Assembly (NCBI RefSeq): GCF_013407165.1
Contig: NZ_CP026994.1
Span: 864,187-896,186 of the forward strand
DNA length: 32,000 nucleotides
Direction of reading: 5' to 3'
Source: Nitrosopumilus oxyclinae
Lineage (GTDB): Archaea; Thermoproteota; Nitrososphaeria; Nitrososphaerales; Nitrosopumilaceae
Shown here: piece by piece, positions 25,839-32,000 of the stretch
Position numbering within the stretch: the first letter of the stretch is position 1
How the letters are laid out: each line of letters starts with the position of its first letter
Made by a program: the position numbers and the translations under genes
The notes under the pieces: generated by a model
Databases searched by the model: none
The model's input: only the letters and a program-made list of their open reading frames with translations
What the model was told of the DNA's origin: nothing

Positions 25839-25902
25839 TTTCGATTCAAAATTTAAGGAGAAAAAGACATTCTGAGTGGAATTTTAAAAATGGTTAAAAG
25901 AA

Positions 25903-25920
25903 TTATGCTTTATCAATAAA
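25903..25920. repeat. Left copy of the target-site duplication (ttatgctttatcaataaa)
   Basis: An identical 18-mer recurs at 30001-30018, where it forms the last 5 codons plus the stop of aEF-2. The boundary with the TIR is ambiguous by up to 3 nt because of an A/T run. Confidence 0.85.
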
Positions 25921-26094
25921 AAGGCAAAGCCCCCCTTTTGTTCCTGAATAGTTGGTAATGACTAGGATTATGATGGAAGATTGTTTGTTGGAAATAGCTT
26001 ATTTTCTAGTGTTGAATTTATGAAAATATGACAGACGAATATGCTGAACTACAAAAATTACGAGCACTTTGGAGTAAGGCAATCATTCAACGTG
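25920..26094. repeat. Left terminal inverted repeat (TIR-L)
   Basis: By base-by-base comparison, the reverse complement of 29826-30000 equals 25920-26094 except at 26090/29830. Confidence 0.9.
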
Positions 26095-26624
26095 ATTATA
26101 TTTTCATCCCGTTAGTTTTAGGTATAGTTTCAGTTTCATTATCACAATTACCCAACTTTCCTCCAGAATGGAGATTTGTATTTTTAGTCTTTGAAGGGAT
26201 TCTATTGACATTTGCAATGGCGTACTGGAGATATCTGACGAGAATGACAGACAAAGGAATTGTCGGTCTATATGGAAGAATGATGGAACTGGAAAAAAAG
26301 GATGGAATGGATACTCAAACTCAATACTATTACAGATATCTAAAAGATGAACACAGAGGCAAGATCAACAAGGAAGTAGGATTAGAAAAAGATAATGTGA
26401 ATTTTTCAAAATTCAGGGAAATGTCTACAAAGATCAAAGAAGGATATCATTATGATTTGCTATTAGGAATCTGGAATGATTTGGAATTTAATTCTGTAAA
26501 ACCACGAGGTCATGAAATTCATAATGCATTTGCAATATCACTAATTGTAGCATATTGGGTAACCTTTGCTATTTTTGGATTGGCATTTCCTGATGCGGTG
26601 CTCATAGAAACTGTTAATCCTTAA
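26028..26624 (+). CDS. Element-encoded membrane protein (3-4 TM), hypothetical
   Basis: 198 aa. The first 22 codons lie inside TIR-L. Its stop overlaps the cas1 start (TAATG). Confidence 0.65.
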   Translation: MTDEYAELQKLRALWSKAIIQRDYIFIPLVLGIVSVSLSQLPNFPPEWRFVFLVFEGILLTFAMAYWRYLTRMTDKGIVGLYGRMMELEKKDGMDTQTQYYYRYLKDEHRGKINKEVGLEKDNVNFSKFREMSTKIKEGYHYDLLLGIWNDLEFNSVKPRGHEIHNAFAISLIVAYWVTFAIFGLAFPDAVLIETVNP

Positions 26625-27643
26625 TGGCTCTTCAAGGTAAGAAAAACCACTACAACGTTAAATTCCTCAAAGGATACGGCCACTCCATTTCAGTCAAAAA
26701 TTCTAAAATTATCCTCAAATCCAATCATGACCCATTTTCTGAGCCTGAAATTGAAGAATGGGCAGTCAAAAATATGCCTTATGAGAAAATAGTAATGCAA
26801 GGAAAAGGGTACATCTCCACTGAAGCATTAACACAACTTTCTGAGAATAATCGAAATGTGATTTTACTAGACCATCACGGAAAGCCAGTTACTTTTTGCA
26901 ATGGCATGATGGATTCTTTAACTGGAACTAAATACAAAATGGCACAATATGACACGTTTCGAAATGAATCAAAATGTCAATATTTGACAAAACAGATTAT
27001 TTCTGCCAAAAAAGAATCTCAACTGAAACTACTCAAACTAATTGGCAGTCCTGTTGATACCCTATCTGATAAGGAAAATGTTTCAGCCATCACATACTGG
27101 AGGGAATTTGCTAAATTTATTCCTCCAAAATATGGATTCCAATCAAGAAATCAGTCTTCTATCAAAATATCCAAAAAAGATGCAACTGATATCATCAATG
27201 CTTTGTTAAATTATGGGTATTCTGTCTTGGCAGGGGAAATCTCAAAATTTGTTTGTGGATTTGGTCTAGACCCATACCTTGGATTTATGCATCGTACACA
27301 TTCAGGTTTTCAACCCCTTGTCTATGATATTATAGAACCATTCAGATGGATGGTAGATTATTCAGTGTACAAAATTGCAAATCACAAGGATTCAAGAAAA
27401 CAAATCAAACTCAAAGAGTATAGTTATTCAAAAGACGGAACCATAGTAATTGAATATGCTCTGATCAAGCGGTTCTTGGAGTTATTGGAAAGACAGTTTT
27501 CACAGGAGAGAAAGTATAATTCTAGGTATGGAAAGAAGACTGAATCTGGTTTGAAATCAGTTCAAGAGATTACAATTGGGAAGATTAAAGTTCAAAATTT
27601 AGTAGAATACTGTCTAGGGAAACAACTGAAAATAGAATTTTAA
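26624..27643 (+). CDS. cas1: Cas1-family integrase (casposase)
   Basis: 339 aa. The N-terminal beta domain reads ..EKIVMQGKGYISTEALTQLSENNRNVILLDHHGKPV. The C-terminal catalytic region is INALLNYGYSVLAGEI...GLDPYLGFMHRTHSGFQPLVYDIIEPFRWMVD, the Cas1 His and Glu/Asp motifs. Confidence 0.85.
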   Translation: MALQGKKNHYNVKFLKGYGHSISVKNSKIILKSNHDPFSEPEIEEWAVKNMPYEKIVMQGKGYISTEALTQLSENNRNVILLDHHGKPVTFCNGMMDSLTGTKYKMAQYDTFRNESKCQYLTKQIISAKKESQLKLLKLIGSPVDTLSDKENVSAITYWREFAKFIPPKYGFQSRNQSSIKISKKDATDIINALLNYGYSVLAGEISKFVCGFGLDPYLGFMHRTHSGFQPLVYDIIEPFRWMVDYSVYKIANHKDSRKQIKLKEYSYSKDGTIVIEYALIKRFLELLERQFSQERKYNSRYGKKTESGLKSVQEITIGKIKVQNLVEYCLGKQLKIEF

Positions 27644-27644
27644 A

Positions 27645-28322
27645 TTAAATTTTTGTATCGGCATTTATCTGAGTAAATACAACACCATATTCTTTGAGAG
27701 ATTTCTTTTCAGTAATTGTCGAATTCAATCGTTCAATTGCTATAATTACATTATCTTTAGTTTGATTCCATAACTTGTCATGCATGTGGATTTTACCATA
27801 CATAGGAATTAAACACATTTCAGACATTTCGATGTTCCCACCTACAAAATACGATATTTCTGGGGGTAAGTCTGATTCTATTATTTGTAGATCTTTTTTC
27901 ATTACATTAAAGTACAAAAAATTTGGCACTTCTTTTTGCTGTCCATCTAAATTTAGTGTTATCACATGAGTCATTTTGAATTTCTCATAAAATGGTACAT
28001 TTAATTTCTCAAATTCTTTTTTAGGCAAATTTTCTAAAACTTCAAAATAATTTTTTATTTTTTCTAAATCTACAACTAATTTCGTAGCATAAAAATTAAT
28101 TCTGTTATTTCGTGTTTTTTCTAAATTACCGAGAAATATTTTTTGTCTTTTTTCATTCTCTTTTGTAGTGCCATAAACTATAGTTGTTATGACAATACCT
28201 ACTGCAATTTCAGCTACCAATGTAACATTATTGTTAATTTCATCAACAGTGTTTAAGAAAACTGCCAATGCAGTCATAGTTATAATTGCTAAAATAACAT
28301 AAACATAGAATTTTTTTTCCAT
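27645..28322 (-). CDS. Element-encoded two-TM protein, hypothetical
   Basis: 225 aa with two N-terminal TM helices and then a ~160-aa soluble domain. No family recognised. Confidence 0.6.
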   Translation of the reverse strand: MEKKFYVYVILAIITMTALAVFLNTVDEINNNVTLVAEIAVGIVITTIVYGTTKENEKRQKIFLGNLEKTRNNRINFYATKLVVDLEKIKNYFEVLENLPKKEFEKLNVPFYEKFKMTHVITLNLDGQQKEVPNFLYFNVMKKDLQIIESDLPPEISYFVGGNIEMSEMCLIPMYGKIHMHDKLWNQTKDNVIIAIERLNSTITEKKSLKEYGVVFTQINADTKI

Positions 28323-28394
28323 TTATTATTAAGAAAAATAAATGAACTTAAGCATATTGGAAAAGCAGTAATAGTTCATAAAATAATACTCATC

Positions 28395-29123
28395 ATGGTA
28401 TGGACTTCATCTAAAAACGCAGATGCTAAAAACAGAATAAAACAATTTGATAAGGATAGATTGTTTGTTCCCAATAAGCAAGGTCAGACAATTCCAAAAA
28501 TCGAAAACATGAGATTAGGGGAAGCCAAAGAATTCAATCTTGCAGTAATGCATGTGGATATGAATAATTTTAAAGGATTAACAGGGTCATTGACAAATGA
28601 ACAAAAATTACGTTTTTTGAATATCTATTTGTCTGAATTTACTCATATGATTAGAGAATATGATGGATTTGTTGAAAAATATGTAGGGGATAGCATCACT
28701 GCATTATTTGGAGTTGGGAAGGATGATCAACAATCATGTTTAGATGCAGTACATTGTGGATTATCAATGTTAACTGAAGTATATTATGCAATGAATACAT
28801 ATCTTGATTCAATTGGTTTACCTAAATTTTCATGTTCCATAGGAATTGATTTTGGCTCAATTTGGGTGGCACGAGTAGGTGTTCAAGGAATGAATCAATT
28901 GACATTGGTTGGTAATGAAGTTAGTATTGCAAAACAAATAGAAGAATTTGCTGGAAATCATCAAATATTTGTAGGAGGTGGAGCATATCTAAATTTGAAT
29001 AAACATGAACAAGCAATATGTAAAATACAAAATCAGAGAAGTGATTTTAACTGGACTTGGTTTCAAGGGAAAAAATATCCCTTCTATCACTATACTGCCC
29101 ATTGGGAAGGTTTTGATTTATGA
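28395..29123 (+). CDS. Class III nucleotidyl cyclase domain protein (PycC-like)
   Basis: AVMHVDMNNFKGLT ... FVEKYVGDSITALFGV ... CSIGIDFGSIWVARVG..NQLTLVGNEVSIAKQIEEFA matches the adenylate/guanylate cyclase catalytic-domain pattern, including both metal-binding Asp positions. Confidence 0.75.
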   Translation: MVWTSSKNADAKNRIKQFDKDRLFVPNKQGQTIPKIENMRLGEAKEFNLAVMHVDMNNFKGLTGSLTNEQKLRFLNIYLSEFTHMIREYDGFVEKYVGDSITALFGVGKDDQQSCLDAVHCGLSMLTEVYYAMNTYLDSIGLPKFSCSIGIDFGSIWVARVGVQGMNQLTLVGNEVSIAKQIEEFAGNHQIFVGGGAYLNLNKHEQAICKIQNQRSDFNWTWFQGKKYPFYHYTAHWEGFDL

Positions 29124-29617
29124 GCGATAATGAGAAAATTGCTTTTGCAAGAGATGCTTTAGAGCACAACAATAGCATAATCAATCTCATTGACACCAAG
29201 TCAGGTTTGGTTTTGGGTGCCTCTGGAATTATTTTGGGTTTGCTTACATTTTTTGAACGTGATGGATTAGGCTATGCAATATTTCCTTTATTTGTCACAA
29301 TGGGATTATTGTTAGGGACTATCATGTTTTCATTTTTCACCATTTTCCCACGAATTACAAAAAAATTCAAAGGGGAAACGGCAATTTTCTATCCTGCAAT
29401 AACAAAATTATCCATGAGTGAATTTGAAGAAAAATTGAAAAAATACTCTACAGAAGATATTCTCAAAGATTATGCTAATAACATACATAGTTTAGCAAAA
29501 GTACAGGAAAGAAAATTCGAGGTTCTGCGTATTTCAATGGGATTTATGATTGCATCTTCTATTTCATTAGTGATTACTTTAATTTGTTATTTCCAAAATC
29601 AACCCATTTCACAATAA
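29120..29617 (+). CDS. Small 3-TM protein resembling the Pycsar TM effector family (DUF5706-like)
   Basis: 165 aa. An N-terminal helix ends in LIDTKSG (compare the aDtKA motif), followed by two TM helices, a ~55-aa soluble segment and a final TM helix. Its start overlaps the cyclase stop (ATGA). Confidence 0.55.
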   Translation: MSDNEKIAFARDALEHNNSIINLIDTKSGLVLGASGIILGLLTFFERDGLGYAIFPLFVTMGLLLGTIMFSFFTIFPRITKKFKGETAIFYPAITKLSMSEFEEKLKKYSTEDILKDYANNIHSLAKVQERKFEVLRISMGFMIASSISLVITLICYFQNQPISQ

Positions 29618-29892
29618 GGACATTCAACTTCTTCTTTGTGTGATTTTACCAATCCTACAAACATCTCTAAACATTCTGTACAAACATACTTGATTCTTTT
29701 CCTTTTCTGAGTCTTGTAATACATTGCTTGTAATGTATTCACTCGCTGAGTTTTGAAATTCCCTTCCTCATCATAGTAATAGATGTGCCATTTCTTCTTT
29801 GTAGATTTTTTATGCTTGTGATTTCCACGATGAATGATTGCCTTACTCCAAAGTGCTCGTAATTTTTGTAGTTCAGCATATTCGTCTGTCAT
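29599..29892 (-). CDS. Element-encoded basic Zn-ribbon protein
   Basis: 97 aa. The first 20 residues (codons lying in TIR-R) are identical to those of 26028-26624. It is K/R/H-rich, with C-terminal CTEC...CPYC. Confidence 0.55.
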   Translation of the reverse strand: MTDEYAELQKLRALWSKAIIHRGNHKHKKSTKKKWHIYYYDEEGNFKTQRVNTLQAMYYKTQKRKRIKYVCTECLEMFVGLVKSHKEEVECPYCEMG

Positions 29893-30000
29893 ATTTTCAT
29901 AAATTCAACACTAGAAAATAAGCTATTTCCAACAAACAATCTTCCATCATAATCCTAGTCATTACCAACTATTCAGGAACAAAAGGGGGGCTTTGCCTTT
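29826..30000. repeat. Right terminal inverted repeat (TIR-R)
   Basis: See TIR-L. The outer terminus is ggggggctttgccttt. Confidence 0.9.
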
Positions 30001-30018
30001 TTATGCTTTATCAATAAA
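30001..30018. repeat. Right copy of the target-site duplication, which is also the native 3' end of the aEF-2 gene
   Basis: ttatgctttatcaataaa is the reverse complement of F-I-D-K-A-stop. Confidence 0.85.
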
Positions 30019-32000
30019 TTCGTTAACACCTGGTGGTTCTGGTGCCAATCCCTTTCTCTTTCTAATGTCAGCTACTGCTGCACCTAACATGGATTTTGGA
30101 ACTTCAGTCCATGCCTTAAATGAAGTATTCCAGGTTGCACGACCTGCAGTTTGTCCTCTCATTGCTTCAGATAGTGTAAATGTTTCAGAAGCTGGAATCT
30201 CACCAATAACAATGCTTGATGCGCCTTTTTGGCTCATGTCAAGTACTTTACCTCGTTTACCAGAAAGAATAGTTGCAACGTTACCAACCAAATCAGTTGG
30301 GACACGAACTTCAATTGCCAGTGTTGGCTCTAATACTGCAGTTCCTGCAGTGAGCAATGCACCCATACATGCACGTCTTGATGCAGGTCCTAATTGAGAC
30401 AAACCTCTGTGTGCCGTATCCTCGTGAGGTACAAAGTGAGTAAAGATGAATTTACAATCCCTCATCTGTTCTTTACAGAGAGGTCCCTCTTTCATTACTT
30501 CTTCAAATCCTGAATTAATAGAATCAGTTGATTCTTGTACAAACTGAACACCTTTTGTTCCGTTAATCAAAACATTACCACGTGAATCAAATTTCATAAC
30601 CCTCTTGATTGTATCTGTATCCCATCCATTCTCTTTTAGTAAATCAGAAACTGCCTTCTTGTCTTTGAGGTCTGAAATTTCACCGGTTCTTAGCATGTGG
30701 GCAATTTTTGGTTCTAATGGTTCCACTTTCATGAAAATCTTGTTGTGTCTGTTTGGTGATTTTGCCATAATTGGTTCACAACCACCCTTTACAGTTTCTC
30801 TATAGTTAATCAAAGGCTCAGATGTTATAATCTCACATTTTGCATCCTGAATTCTATGTACTGCAACATCCAAATGTAATACACCCATCCCTGCAACAAT
30901 TGTTTCGCCAGACTCCTCATCAATTTTTACAACTAAATTTGGATCCTCAATTGTTAGTTGTCTTAAAATGTCTACGAGTTTAGGTAAATCTTTAGGATGT
31001 TTTGGTTCAATTGCAATTTGAACAACAGGTTCTGAAACGTATTTCACACCCTCAAACATTGGAATATCTTTAATTGATGATAGAGTGTTTCCGGCTCTAC
31101 ATTCAGTCAGTCCCAGTAAAGCTGGAATATTACCTGCTCCCAATTCACCAACTTGTTCTCTTTGGTTACCCATAAAGAAATTGACTGATTGAACTCTGCC
31201 TTCTCTTTTCTCATCTATAATGTGTAAAGTTTGACCGTCTTTGATGGTACCTGAAAATAATCTTCCAATTGCAACAGGACCGGCTGCTGGATCTAGGACC
31301 ATGTTTACAACCATCATAATTGTTGGACCATCATCACTACCTGCAAGCAAAGCTTTACCAACATCAGATTCTAAATCACCTTTCCAAATTTGTGGGATTC
31401 TATACTTGATTGCATCATGTGGTGCTGGATGATGTTTAACTACCATTCCAAGTACAGCATCAGCTAATGGTGCTTTCTCAATAAGTTCATCAAGTTTTTC
31501 TTCAGTATATGCATCAATTACATCTTTGAATGTTATTCCTCTTTCTTTCATTAAATCAGTGTTAATTGCCCATCTATCTTTGGCTGAACCAAATGTAACA
31601 CTTGCATCTTGAATAGATACTTTCCATTTCTCTTTGTATTCTGGTTCTGCATATGTGTCAACTAGAGTATTGAAATTTGAAACTACTTCAGCTAATTGTG
31701 CTTGCATTTTTTCTGGAGTTAATCTTAGTTCTTTGATGAGTCTATCCACTTTGTTGATAAACAAAACAGGTTTTACTCTCTCTTCAAGGGCCATTCTAGT
31801 TACAGTCTCTGTTTGTGTCATGATACCTTCTACTGCATCACAAACTACAACTGCACCATCAATTGCTCTAAGACTTCGAATAACCCTTCCACTAAAGTCG
31901 ACGTGGCCTGGGGTATCAATCATGTTAATTACATATTCTTGACCTTTTTGGGCAAAGAGTAAGGTAACGTTTGCTTGGTAAATTGTAATTCCTCTTTCTT
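30001..32000 (-). CDS. fusA: Translation elongation factor aEF-2 (N-terminus lies beyond the window edge)
   Basis: It has the G-domain motif DTPGHVDF, NKVDR, and the diphthamide-site motif HEDTAHRG. The frame stays open upstream of the first Met to position 32000. Confidence 0.95.
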   Translation of the reverse strand, partial: ERGITIYQANVTLLFAQKGQEYVINMIDTPGHVDFSGRVIRSLRAIDGAVVVCDAVEGIMTQTETVTRMALEERVKPVLFINKVDRLIKELRLTPEKMQAQLAEVVSNFNTLVDTYAEPEYKEKWKVSIQDASVTFGSAKDRWAINTDLMKERGITFKDVIDAYTEEKLDELIEKAPLADAVLGMVVKHHPAPHDAIKYRIPQIWKGDLESDVGKALLAGSDDGPTIMMVVNMVLDPAAGPVAIGRLFSGTIKDGQTLHIIDEKREGRVQSVNFFMGNQREQVGELGAGNIPALLGLTECRAGNTLSSIKDIPMFEGVKYVSEPVVQIAIEPKHPKDLPKLVDILRQLTIEDPNLVVKIDEESGETIVAGMGVLHLDVAVHRIQDAKCEIITSEPLINYRETVKGGCEPIMAKSPNRHNKIFMKVEPLEPKIAHMLRTGEISDLKDKKAVSDLLKENGWDTDTIKRVMKFDSRGNVLINGTKGVQFVQESTDSINSGFEEVMKEGPLCKEQMRDCKFIFTHFVPHEDTAHRGLSQLGPASRRACMGALLTAGTAVLEPTLAIEVRVPTDLVGNVATILSGKRGKVLDMSQKGASSIVIGEIPASETFTLSEAMRGQTAGRATWNTSFKAWTEVPKSMLGAAVADIRKRKGLAPEPPGVNEFIDKA

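Larger units (their letters stand above)
25920..30000. mobile_element. Casposon-like Cas1 (casposase) transposon, ~4.1 kb, no PolB gene; carries a cyclase/effector defence-like module
   Basis: The element has ~175-bp terminal inverted repeats with one mismatch and flanking direct repeats. It has an internal Cas1 homologue and is inserted at the aEF-2 3' end. Confidence 0.8.

Noticed and set aside
25920-30000. Search for a family B DNA polymerase (expected in casposons) inside the element
   Set aside because: Six ORFs account for essentially the whole element. The longest unassigned one is 225 aa and shows no exonuclease or polymerase motifs, so no PolB is called.
29993-31942. Plus-strand ORFs 29993-30397, 30605-30805, 31241-31432 and 31634-31942
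   Set aside because: They are antisense shadows of the highly conserved aEF-2 gene, with low-complexity S/T/A/P-rich translations.

Overview
This is an AT-rich window with short intergenic spacers and TATA-like boxes about 25-30 nt upstream of start codons. Together with PEFG-CTERM and WWADG-type secreted proteins, this looks like a marine ammonia-oxidising thaumarchaeon (Nitrosopumilus-like). All homology calls were made by eye from motifs; nothing was searched. Layout: (1) 1-3 kb is housekeeping: tatC (3' part), tatA, an SRPBCC protein, ubiX and purP. (2) 4-7.8 kb is a putative light/UV cluster: a DUF1722/YbgA-like protein, an NAD-binding membrane protein, a B12-binding CarH-like protein, and a Zn-ribbon protein coupled to a DenV-type pyrimidine-dimer glycosylase. 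A recurring TTRRCACTAG box sits upstream of these promoters. (3) 8.3-25.9 kb is a variable stretch of small hypothetical genes. It also holds a GC-rich candidate structured RNA, a CBS-TrkH transporter, a cupredoxin, a secreted protein with a 21 x 15-bp perfect tandem repeat, and a membrane KaiC-like ATPase with a perfect 138-bp tandem duplication. (4) The main finding is at 25.9-30.0 kb: a compact ~4.1-kb Cas1-encoding transposon (casposon-like, with no PolB gene). It has ~175-bp terminal inverted repeats and a 15-18-bp target-site duplication, and it is inserted exactly at the 3' end of the aEF-2 gene. Its cargo includes a class III nucleotidyl cyclase plus a small multi-TM protein, which resembles a Pycsar-type cyclic-nucleotide antiviral system. 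(5) 30.0-32.0 kb is aEF-2 on the minus strand, truncated by the window edge. No rRNA, canonical tRNA or CRISPR array was found.
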